Below, one piece after another: positions 53,007-63,740 of a stretch of 64,000 nt of DNA. The stretch is from Octopus vulgaris (taxonomy: Eukaryota). Under the pieces are notes generated by a model. The model made no database searches, had not been told where the DNA came from, and saw only the letters and a program-made list of their open reading frames with translations. The position numbers and the translations under genes are program-made. The DNA is taken from the NCBI GenBank assembly GCA_951406725.2, contig OX597828.1, forward strand, positions 49,910,001-49,974,000. Reading direction: 5' to 3'. Numbering within the stretch: position 1 is the stretch's first letter; each line of letters starts with the position of its first letter.

Positions 53007-55016
53007 GTAGGTACTCATTGTAGACATTTTCAGTTCATTGAATGAGTGTGAAACAGATGCGTTGTGTGTTGCTTGCTACAGTAGAAGTTCAATCTTGAAA
53101 TCTGAAATGGCAGAATGGCTTCGATTTCAGTTGACTTGAGATTTGAAACTTCTAGAGAGAATTTGGCCATGAGGAGTGTACCTCAGATGAGTTTGGCAGA
53201 GCAATTACTATTCCATGCACAGTATGGTTGCATGCTGAAAATTCTGCTCCATTAGAACCTGTGTACGTGTGCGTGCGCATGTGTGCACATGCTTGTGTGT
53301 GTGTATGCACACATACACACTCTAATTCACTCTTTTTCTTTTCTAAAGCGGGTATCCATGTATGTACTCTCCAGCAAAATGCCTATTTCTGTCCCTCTGT
53401 ACCTTTAATCACTCACCTGGCACGATGCCACACCCATAACATATATTGTGATTATCATCATTTAACATCCATTGTTCTTGCTGGCATGGATTGGATGGTG
53501 TGACTAGAGCTGGTTGGGGCTACACCAGGCTGCATTCTGGTTTGGCCTGGTTTCTATGGCTTTACAGAGTGTGCTGGGTGTTATTATGTAGCACCACATG
53601 GGTGCTTTTACATGGCACCACATGGGTACTTTTATGTGGTGCTGCATGGGTGCTTCTATGTGGCACTGTACGATATATATATAATGTTCTTTTGTTAAAT
53701 ATATAGTTAGTGGTAATGCAGCAAATTGGCAGTTATTAATGCTGGGTTTTTTTTTTCAACTCTCTGCCATCTGAGTTCAAATCAATTGAAGTCAGTTTTT
53801 ACCTTTCCTGCTTTTGGGGTTGATAAAATAAAGTATCAGTCTAGGCCGATGGTTTGATGGAACTGTTTTTAAGTGTACGGTTAGATGCCTTGTGGTTTCT
53901 GCTTCACCACTTTGCATTCTTGTGGCAACACCTATGATGATACAGGTGTCAAATTGTATTGGTTTTAAAGTGGCAGGTTTTCTCTTGGATAACATGGTGA
54001 CATAGAGTAAGGAGATTTGCATGCCTTGCCAATTGGTTAACTTCCTCAAAAGAAACCCTTGCTCTGGGTTGGACATATGAGGGTAGATACATAGTCAATC
54101 CTGACCAGTAGAGGCCCTTGATGGGTGAAACAGATGAACTGTATACTATTGTCATTAGATATATGGTTAGTGTGGTGTTAAATGTGAGTGCACACATGCA
54201 TACATGCCGGCGTACATACGTACATATGCATGCATACACCCACACACACACATACATACATGCATACATTGTGTTGTTGTTAGATATATGGCCAGTGTCA
54301 TGTTAGGTATATAGAGAGTGTGCTGTTGTTAGATATAGAATTAAGTTGGTGTTAAATACATATACATAGGTGGTATCAACTACGTATATATAACATGTAT
54401 ATATACGAGTTATATATTTTAGGACTAGGTTTTATATTTCTTATGAATCAGAATCCCTGTGCAGTTCCTTAAAATAGTAGCTTATTCATTTATGTCAGAA
54501 GGTCTCTGTTGAATTAGATTTGCCAGGTGTATTGTGCATATGAATGTATGTAGAACATACTGAAATGAAAATATGTGCAAAACGGCACAAAGAAATTACA
54601 TCAATATGGAATATAGAAATTGTCAATTATGAAATGGGTTATGTGCAACAAACGAAATGTGCACATTGAGAAGAAAATGCAGCAAAAGAAACATGTACAG
54701 CAATAAAAGGGTTGCATAAATGAAAATTGTAACTATATGTAAACAAGTGAAAACGTGAATGATTGTATGAAAAATAAAATAGTAAAATTTTACAATTGTA
54801 TCCCGACTGAATTAAGAACAGCTAAGTCCCCAAAAGGGTTCATTATAACGAAAAATGCAAATGAGATAAAAACATTGCTTGAATGTACTATGAATGTTCA
54901 AGAAGTAAACTGTGTAATAGAGAAACATGCTGAATTTGTGTATGTGTGTGTGTGAGAGAGAGAGAGAATGAGTGAGGGAGAGTGTGTGTGTGCATGAGAG
55001 TGAGAGAGAGATAGAG

Positions 55017-55343
55017 AATCTCAAAATCTCTCGTGGAAGCGCCATCCAACCAAAATGCAAATATATGGGAAATTACCACCTGTGTCATCTCTTGTGAAAG
55101 GTAGGAGAGTCCAGTTTGCTGGACATTGTTGTAGAGCTGAAAACGAGGTAATTTATACTCTTCTCCTCTGGAAGCCATCTGCTCGCGATACCAGAGGGTG
55201 CAAACTCTCCTACCCTGATGTAATCTCCAGGGATACAGGCATCCAGCAACAGGACCTCTGTAATGCCATGATGGACCGTGAAGTCTGGCGTAGCATAGTA
55301 AATTCCATTGTCTCGACCACGGTCAAACAATGATGATGATGAT
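55017..55343 (+). mobile_element. 5'-truncated RTE-like LINE 3' end with (TGA)n tail and long target-site duplication
   Basis: ORF QIYGKLPPVSSLVKGRRVQFAGHCCRAENEVIYTLLLWKP...MMDREVWRSIV shows the RRLxFAGH and DRxxWR motifs. Has a tgatgatgat tail and a ~70-bp duplicated flank. Confidence 0.85.
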
Positions 55344-55809
55344 GTGTGTGTGTGAGAGAGAATGAGCGAGAGAGTGTGTGTGTGTGCATGAGAGTGAGAG
55401 AGAGAGAGAGGATGTCTTTACCATTTCATAGTTGAGACACAGGGTCTGCCAGCAACGCAACACTCTTTGGCAAAATGTGTGAGTGAATATGTGAGTTTTT
55501 ATGTGACAGTATACTTTTCTGCAAGTAAATTTGAGAGCAAAAATTCAAGTCTGGTTTCATTGCTTAGAACCAGTTATGTGATATACAAAACCAAATGTCT
55601 TGTTTGAACCACTCTCTTGTGACAAAATTGGTGTAATATTTTGCAAGAGATATAGTGTTGAATATATATAAACCGTATACTATTATTAGGAACCTGGTCA
55701 GTTAAACATTTTGGTAGTTTGATATTTTACTTAATATTTTAACTTAATGTTAACTGATGTTGTTACATGCAGTCTTTTTTTCAATCTATATTTATTTCTT
55801 TGTCTTCAG

Positions 55810-55923
55810 GCTCGACCTGGTGGATATCGTAGATCCATTACCATTCCAGAGCGTGCCTGGTCAAGATTTCGGGACCTAATGGCAGAATTTGCTGACAAAA
55901 TGAAGTCCAAAGAGGGCCAATAG
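55810..55923 (+). CDS. PURA: Pur-alpha last coding exon (repeat III, C-half): ARPGGYRRSITIPERAWSRFRDLMAEFADKMKSKEGQ*
   Basis: Pyrimidine tract plus ttcag ending at 55809. Contains the YRxSITIPxxxWxxF motif, with TAG at 55921-55923. Confidence 0.93.
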   Translation, partial: ARPGGYRRSITIPERAWSRFRDLMAEFADKMKSKEGQ

Positions 55924-57559
55924 TATGTTGCATCTGACAGAGGGAATGTGCTTGGTGATGATCTCAGAAATAGCCAAAAATACTGTGGCCTGAACTGGTC
56001 CCAGTAGCTGGCTGGGTCGAGCTGTGACCAAACCATGCTGCAAGTACTCACCGACGATATGACCAAAAATGCAGACATTGAAAAGAGGAAATGAGCTAAG
56101 AACGAGAGCTGGCTGGTTTATCTGTTCAAATGATCCTTTTTCCTCATAAGTATTAACATTACAGACTCACAATCACCAAAACCCCACACCTTGATGAAAC
56201 CATTTCCTTTAAAAGCTCTTCATTGGCATATAGTTTGCTTGCTCACTTTAAACATCCGACTTCATCACCACTTCAGTGATGGGCGTACTAAATGGCACCC
56301 ACAGTTGCCATTTTAGTTTTGACTCATTAAGCACATTTCCTTTGTCCATAATTTGATGACGATCATTACTGGAAATACAAGATCTATGGGACTCGTTATA
56401 TTTTGTGGAAAGTTTGTTTGAATATCCAGTTGGGTAGTATGATATTTGGTTATAAAAAATAGTAAGCATTATGGAGACAAGGTATTTAAGCAAAGTAGGA
56501 AGATTTAATGGGATTATGGTGATAAGTAACTAAATACAGTTTCCAAGTGACAAATCTTGCAGCACTACTCTTCCGACCACTTCTACTGTTAGGTCAATGT
56601 TATTGTATATTGCCTGACCGATAGATTTCCTCAGTGGTTCTCAGCTGCAATGTTTAGAATATGGCTGCTTAAAACCTTGCACGGTTTGTGTTTCGTGTTA
56701 ATGACTAAAATTTGTGGTGAGTTGGTCGCACTTTGTTGAACCAGAAATCCCTCCCTTGCAAACCTGTTATGATTGGATAAGAAAAGATTTTTAACATTGA
56801 AAACAAAACAAAAAAAAAACACAAAAAAGAAAAGTTAAAAAGAAAACAAAAAACCAAAGCAAAAACGAAAAAATATATATATTATGTTTAAAGCAGAATT
56901 ATAATAATAATAATAATTATTTCACTTTTCACCAGATGCTGAATGTTACTTCACATCACCAAGGTGGATGTTAGGAATATCTTTATGAAACATTCAAAAT
57001 AACAAAAAAAAAGTTATAAGACATAAGGAAACAACAAAAAAAAAATGTTATTCAGCAAGTTTTAAACTGTTCTTTATTATCAATTGTGGGGAGGGGAATG
57101 GGCTGGGCTGGGTGGAGAAACAAAACAACAAAAGAAAAGAACTAATTAAAAAAATTGTGTTGATCAAAGTTATGTCTTACAAACCAGTCCAAAATAATCT
57201 GTTAATTTCTTTAAAAAATGATTAAAAAAAAATAAATATAAAAAAAAACAACATTTGAACAGTAAACTCTAAAATAATTAGCAAACATTCACTTTTAAGG
57301 TTTTAATTTCCAACTGTTATTAAAAGAAGGGTTCCGTTGTGGGGGTCACGTTAGGGAGTAAATAATTAGTGGAAAGGGAGAAGAAGGCCTTATTGGTGTT
57401 GTTAACTGGACATCAGAGTTTTAATGTTACATTGCCTCATTATTATTATTATTATTATCATTATTATTATTATTATATTATTATTATTACTACTACTATT
57501 GTTGTTGTTATCTTGAATTTTCTTTCCTTGACCAGGGGGAGAAAAGTCACTTGAGAGGG

Positions 57560-57634
57560 TGTATATTTCTGTGTGTGTGCATGTGTGTGTGTATTTTTAT
57601 ACACACTTATATTTGCACATGCATGTATATTTGA

Positions 57635-57690
<56 letters not shown>

Positions 57691-57832
57691 GTATATATGC
57701 ATAGACATTTGTGTGTACATATGTGTGTGTATATATGTGTGTGTGTGAATATAAATGTGTGTAACTGTATATCTATGAATATATATTTATGAATAATTGT
57801 TTGTGTACTAGTATATATGTATATGTGTATAA

Positions 57833-57865
<33 letters not shown>

Positions 57866-57990
57866 TATATGCATATATATATTTAATGAGTGTGTATATG
57901 TGTGCATATATATATATATGCATACATGCTTTCTTATGTGTTTGTATACACTAACGTGTATACACACTCATGCCTTCACACATACATTTG
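57560..57990. repeat. Mixed (TA)/(TG)/(CA) microsatellite tract, representative of many across the window
   Basis: Directly visible. Source of the YIYI-type spurious ORFs. Confidence 0.9.
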
Positions 57991-58456
57991 GAGTAAACTT
58001 ACATCTAAACAGCTCCCTGTCAAATATATTCAGTATTTGATAAAAAAAAACTAAAAAAAAAACTACAGGGATGTTTTTCAGGAGAAATGAATGAAAAATT
58101 TACTTCCTGAAATTCTCATATCTATTTCAGCCCAATTACACGCTGCAACTAATCTTCTCCTTTACAAACACCTACCCCACCCCGACTCTGTCCTCTCTCT
58201 CCTCTCTGCCTGCCTGCCTCCACTCCCACCCCCCACATCATATCCTGTCCTGTACATAACTGGGTGAGGGGGGGAGTAAAGTCAATACAAAGGAAGACAA
58301 CATCGTTATTAATTATCTAAATTCTATGACTGTTTTTTATTGTCATCATCATCATCATCATCATCATCATATTCATCATCATCATCATCATCTTGATTAT
58401 TGGCCTTGTGTCAAATCAAATCATAATTTATTATTGTTGTTGTTATTATTATCATT

Positions 58457-58680
58457 AAGGCGGCACCATGGCAGAATTGTTGGAGCAATTTGAAAAAAAT
58501 GCTTTGTGTGTTTCTTTCAGCTTTTTAAATTCTGAGTTCTAATCCCGCCAAGGTCAACTTTGCCTTTCATCCGTCCATGGTTGATAAAAAAAGTACCAGT
58601 TAAGAGCTGGGGTTGATGTAATCAACTGACCCTTCTCCCCATAAAATTGCTGACTTTGTGCCTAGACCGGAAACCATTAC
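58457..58680 (+). mobile_element. SINE family C copy within the putative 3' UTR
   Basis: tggcagaattgtt...ctgagttctaatcccgccaaggtcaactttgcctttcatcc. Confidence 0.75.
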
Positions 58681-58980
58681 TGATATTGGTGGCTTCTGTG
58701 TTTAAGCCAGTAAGTTCCTGAGAAATCAACAATCTGATGGGATTTTGATTCCCAGCTGGAAATGCTTCATATATTTCATTGTTAATGCTCTTTGGGAAAG
58801 ACATGAACCTCACTAACCCTCCATTTCTCATTGTTATATGTACTGAAGAAATCAGTAACCACCTCATCATCCTGTTGCAGATGATCGTTCCTTGACAAAC
58901 CAAGTCCATAATTTGTTTTCAGTTCTCAGAACTGGATGTTTTTTTATAACTTCCCATTTCACCTTCCCTATACAAGAAAT

Positions 58981-59085
58981 CTATAGGCACACTTATAGAT
59001 GAGTTCTAAGTCTATAGGTATGCTTATAGAGGAAGAAATCTCTAGGCATGCTTATAGAAGAAGGAATCTATAGGCATGCTTATAG
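58981..59085. repeat. Four tandem 18-bp quasi-palindromes (ctataggcatgcttatag)
   Basis: Copies start at 58981, 59012, 59040 and 59068. Confidence 0.85.
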
Positions 59086-62000
59086 GAAATATCATTATAG
59101 GTTTTTGGAAAAAAAATTGTTGTCTTTCAACTGAGTGACTTTTAATTTTGTACAGAAGGGCCTAGTTTTTAAGAAAAATAGGGAGTGTGTAAGGAAGGGT
59201 CCCGTATATAGTAGGCATCACTTAACAGGGACACTATGAAAACCTTTACTATTTCTTCAACATACTGTTATGACTCAGTTTCTTAAAATTTGTTTAATCT
59301 CTTTTTCTTTTCCATCCTCTTGTTAAACCTACACCGAGCCTGCTTTGCGTGTTCAAAGAAAGTTTACTGGTTTATTTTGAAGCTCAACTTTTATTTGTTA
59401 AACACCCCCAACCTACTGACAAATGTTATAATACAAAAAACAAAAACAACAAAAAAGCAAAAAAAGAATGAATAAAATAAAATAAAATAAAATAAAATAA
59501 AATGATTGCCAAAAAAAAAAAAAGTTACAGTAAACACGAAACAGTTACAAAAATATCACAACCCCTCCTACAAAACCGAACGCAAAGAAAGAGAAAAAAA
59601 ATACCTTGTTATGCTATATAATTCTTCTATTTCACATCAACTGTTTTTGTTTAAAGATTCTCTGTCCTTTGTTGTGTGAATGAAGAAAACAACAGAGTGC
59701 CAGCCTTCATCTGCCCATGTTATTGTTGTTCTTTTGTAATTTTTGTTAAAGACAAAATGTTGATACACACAAACACTGTTGATTGAAAACTTTAGCAGAA
59801 TGTGATCAGAGTTAAATTGATTAGTTTGCTGAAAAGCCAAGGTAGCTATAGGTCAACCAATAGCTGTCTAAGGTGGCCGGGTTAGCAGTGTTACCTATGT
59901 TGTCAGGGTAGTGACAACTATCCACACAGTGGCTATCTTCACAACCGTGTAAGCAATAGCTTTGTGTCCAAGCTAACAAGAGATAACTAGTTAACAATAC
60001 TTAACTATATAGCCATTTTTTTAAACACAAAATTTTGTTTACAGTAGAACAAGAAAAAGAAGAAAAAAAGAAAGAAAAAAAACATGTTTTTTCTCCTTCC
60101 CTGCCTCTTGTATGAAACCACCACCACTGCTAATCTCTGTTATTTTACTACCACCACAGCAAATTATATTTTTTTTGTTTTTAAAACATTATTATAGTTA
60201 TTATTGTTATTTATGATTATTATTATTGGTTGTTGTTGTTGTTGTTGTTATAATTACGACAAGGTCCCATAAACTGAGCCCTCTACAATTTTAATCTGCT
60301 TCATTTAAATCATACTGTTGGAAGATGTATGAATGTCATAACTTTTTAGAACTTACTGCTTATGTAAAAAAAATGATTTCCTCAAGCTTTACCTGGGAGA
60401 GACAGAGAGGAAGTAAATGAGAGAGAGAAAGAGAGAGAACGTATGTGTATGTATGTTTGCATTTTATTTGTTATTGGATGTTTCCTCCTCTCCGTCTCTG
60501 TGTAAATTCAATTATTTCCCTTCTAATGAAACCTCTACAATATTGTCCAGATCAAACAAAGCTTTATCAACTTGTAACAGTCTGTACTGACCATTACTGT
60601 AGCTGTTAACCAACACAGCTTGTACTAACCTTGTATTAAGTTAACTACTTATTGACTGTCACACAGTTAATCAGTAATGGCTGACTGACCTCTTCACTCC
60701 CCCTCCCCCCTTGGTCACCTGACTGACCATTCCCTCCCCCAGGTCACATCACTGACTTCACTCTAACCCTGAATCCATGTTCTAACCAGAGAACATCATG
60801 AGATGCTATTATTAAAGACTTTTTTTCCTTCAGCTTAATACTAATAATAATAATAATAATAATAAATTAATAATGATAATAATAATAATAATAATGCTAA
60901 CAACAACAATAAAATAATAATAATGATGATAATAATGATGATGATGATGAAAAGAAACTTCTGTTTCTTCTGTTATCAAGTTTTGTGTTTCTTCAAAATA
61001 AATATTTCTTTTAAAAATAATTCTGATTCTTTAAGTCGTCTTGAAGCGCTTTCCACCATCTGGTTACCATGACTTCCACATTAATACACTGTCTCATTTC
61101 TGAGATTTACATATGACACTCACACACACTCACACACACACATACACACACAATGGATAATCCCATTATTGTTTGTAGAATTCTATGGTGGTGGTGGTGG
61201 TGGTGGTGGTGTGAGCTACTACAGCTACCACCAGACACTGTTAGAATTGTTTGGAAAGTTCCTTTCTTCTTGCTTGGCTTCATCCTTGAGCTGTTTTTTC
61301 TCCTCCACTTCTGGGGTGTTGTTCTTGATTCCAATACCATCTCTGCTGAAGCCAGATCCCTGATTGAGCTATTCCTGAAGGCTACAATCCTTGCTGGAAC
61401 CAACTCCCTGATTGTGCTGTTCCAAGAGGTTGATTATTCCTCTGGCTGGAAATAACTCTGTGATTGTGCTGTTCCGCGATTGTCTTAAGTTGCCGGAGCT
61501 ACTGTATGTTACCTGTATCTATGGCTTGGCTTGCAGGAATAATGCATCTGATGGTGGCGGACCTGTGACTCACTTAATTTGGTCCTTGCTAAACAGAATT
61601 CATTTCGTCCACAATTTCTTTCTCTATTGAGACAAATTTCCCACAAAAAAAATATAAAAATAAATTTAAAAAAAAAGGAAAAGGTAAAAAAAAAGAAATG
61701 AAAATATATATACAAAAATTAAAGCATTGGATTAAAATATATTGTTGCATGAAGTGTTGTGTTGCAACAATATCCACTTCAGTACAAGATTTCAGGTGAA
61801 ATCTCTTGCCAAAAAATACAAGAAAAGGAATAGAAATAAAACAAACAACACAAAACAACAAATCATTAAATGTTTTCTGGGACAATAGGGCTTTGTAGAA
61901 AGTTTTTCTGTTGATGTCAGAGATCCAAGAACTCAACTACTGATTGTTGTGAAGTCATGGGGAAGTGACTGATAAAACTGCATGTTGTCTTTGCAGTTTT

Positions 62001-62274
62001 GAAAACCTCCAGTTTATTGCAGTAAAATATCTAAAGTTGACAACCTTAGATATTTCATCCTTAACACGTCTGGTTTATTTATTATTATTATTATTTTTTT
62101 TTTTGTTTTGTTAATCTTAATTTTATTATTGGAGAAACTCTTGTTGATGTTCAGTTTCAGTTTAATATTAACTTTGTTGTTAAATACTGTGTTTGTTATT
62201 ATTTTTTTTTTTTTTATCAATTACTGATTGCTTACATGTTTTAAATTTAAGAAGTATTTTAAACAGTTACTTAT

Positions 62275-62341
62275 AATAAACAGCGAGTATTCTTAGGAGA
62301 AACAAAAAAAAAAGAAGAAAAATACAAAATGAATAAATAAA
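62275..62341 (+). promoter_or_regulatory. Candidate polyadenylation signals
   Basis: AATAAA at 62275-62280 and 62332-62337 (overlapping AATAAATAAA) at the end of the TE-poor region. AATAAA is common in this AT-rich DNA. Confidence 0.35.
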
Positions 62342-62633
62342 ACTATTGGTTTGATGGATTTACAAAGAAACGTGTTATTACATTGAATCCAATCTTTCAT
62401 CATTTCAGTTTCCTTCATCTCTTACCTTACAACTTCCTTGAACATCTATAAAGGTCTATGTTGAATGTTTTATTATTGTTGTTATTAGCAAGGACGACAA
62501 GTTGATAGACCTGGTAGAAGACAAGACTAAATGCCTTAACAAGTACTTCGTTCTTGAAGATCTAGGTAAATAACACTACAGATTTTATTTTGATTTCAAG
62601 TCCTCCATAGTCGACGACGCTAGTACCAGTACT

Positions 62634-63021
62634 AGTGGAGGCACAATGGCCCAGTGGTTAGGGCAGCGGACTCGCGGTCATAGGATCGCGGTTTCGATTC
62701 CCAGACCGGGCGTTGTGAGTGTTTATTGAGCGAAAACACCTAAAAGCTCCACGAGGCTCTGGCAGGGGATGGTGGTGATCCCTGCTGTACTCTTTCACCA
62801 CAACTTTCTCTCACTCTTACTTCCTGTTTCTGTTGTACCTGTATTTCAAGGGGCCGGCCTTGTCACTCTCTGTGTCACGCTGAATATCCCCGAGAACTAC
62901 GTTAAGGGTACACGTGTCTGTGGAGTGCTCAGCCACTTACACGTTAATTTCACGAGCAGGCTGTTCCGTTGATTCGGATCAACCGGAACCCTCATCGTCG
63001 TAACCGACGGAGTGCTTCCAC
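62634..63021 (+). mobile_element. tRNA-derived SINE family D, young, with TSD
   Basis: agtaccagtact at 62622-62633 and 63022-63033. Near-identical to 49199-49577 in the opposite orientation. Confidence 0.92.
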
Positions 63022-63406
63022 AGTACCAGTACTGGTGTTTGTTTAATTGTATCTGATCAGTTGTACATTTTAAGCATCCAATTAACTCTAATTAGTTTTC
63101 TTCCTCAATGTTCACCAATCAAATCTTAGCAGGATTGATAAGAACCATCAAGTTCCTATCAAGTACAGAACTTGATTAAAAGACATCTTCTTCCAGGATC
63201 CTGGGCCTTTGTTACATATTATCATTGTTATTATTATTGTTGTTGTTATTGTTAAGACAGTGATCTGGCAGAATTGTTAGAACGTCAGAAGGATTGCTTC
63301 ATGGCATTTCTTCAGGCTCTTTACATTCTGTTCTGTATTTAAGAGATGAGGAATTATGTACATTATTTACATTCGATGGATATTTGTCCTCATCTTGTTT
63401 GCTGTT

Positions 63407-63452
63407 AACACAACGTTTCGGCTGATATACTCTCCAGCCTTCATCAGGTGTC
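63407..63452 (-). ncRNA. Minimal PLE-type hammerhead-like motif
   Basis: The minus strand reads gacac CTGATGA a ggctg gagagtatat cagcc GAAA cgtt gtgtt. Stem I is gacac/gtgtt, stem II is ggctg/cagcc, and the palindrome AACGTT replaces stem III. Confidence 0.65.
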
Positions 63453-63513
63453 TTGGGGAAATTTCGAACCTGGGTTCTCATTCCTAAGGTATTTTTCGAT
63501 GTTGTTGTTATTA

Positions 63514-63544
<31 letters not shown>

Positions 63545-63694
63545 GCCCACGTGCATATGGCGTAGTGGTTAAGAGCGTGGGCTACTAACCCCAAGATTCC
63601 AAGTTTGATTCCAGGCTGTGACCTGAATAATAATAATAATAATAACATCGAAAAATAACTTAGGAATGAGAACCCAGGTTCAAAATTTCCCCAA

Positions 63695-63740
63695 GACACC
63701 TGATGAAGGCAGGAGGGTATATCAGCCGAAACGTATTAAC
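63695..63740 (+). ncRNA. Damaged second copy of the minimal hammerhead-like motif
   Basis: Reads gacac CTGATGA a ggcag...cagcc GAAA cgt attaac. There is a stem II mismatch and a small deletion in the 3' strand of stem I. Confidence 0.5.

Larger units (their letters stand above)
55924..62360 (+). other. Putative long (~6.4 kb) 3' UTR of Pur-alpha
   Basis: Follows the stop codon and is A/U-tract rich. It holds far fewer recognisable transposon copies than the introns (only one degenerate SINE noticed, near 58.5 kb). Ends near AATAAA motifs, after which young SINEs resume. The extent is inferred, not shown. Confidence 0.5.

Noticed and set aside
55806-56078. 90-aa antisense ORF over the last Pur-alpha exon
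   Set aside because: No recognisable domain. An open antisense frame is expected opposite GC-balanced coding-like sequence.
61153-61455. 100-aa hydrophobic ORF in the putative 3' UTR
   Set aside because: The poly-Trp comes from a (TGG)n microsatellite and the rest from T-rich and repeated UTR sequence. No splice or homology support.
62635-62710. Possible tRNA genes (also 26350-26420, 40160-40235, 49500-49577 and 63548-63622)
   Set aside because: A/B boxes are present but the cloverleaves are incomplete, and each continues into a repeat body. These are SINE heads.
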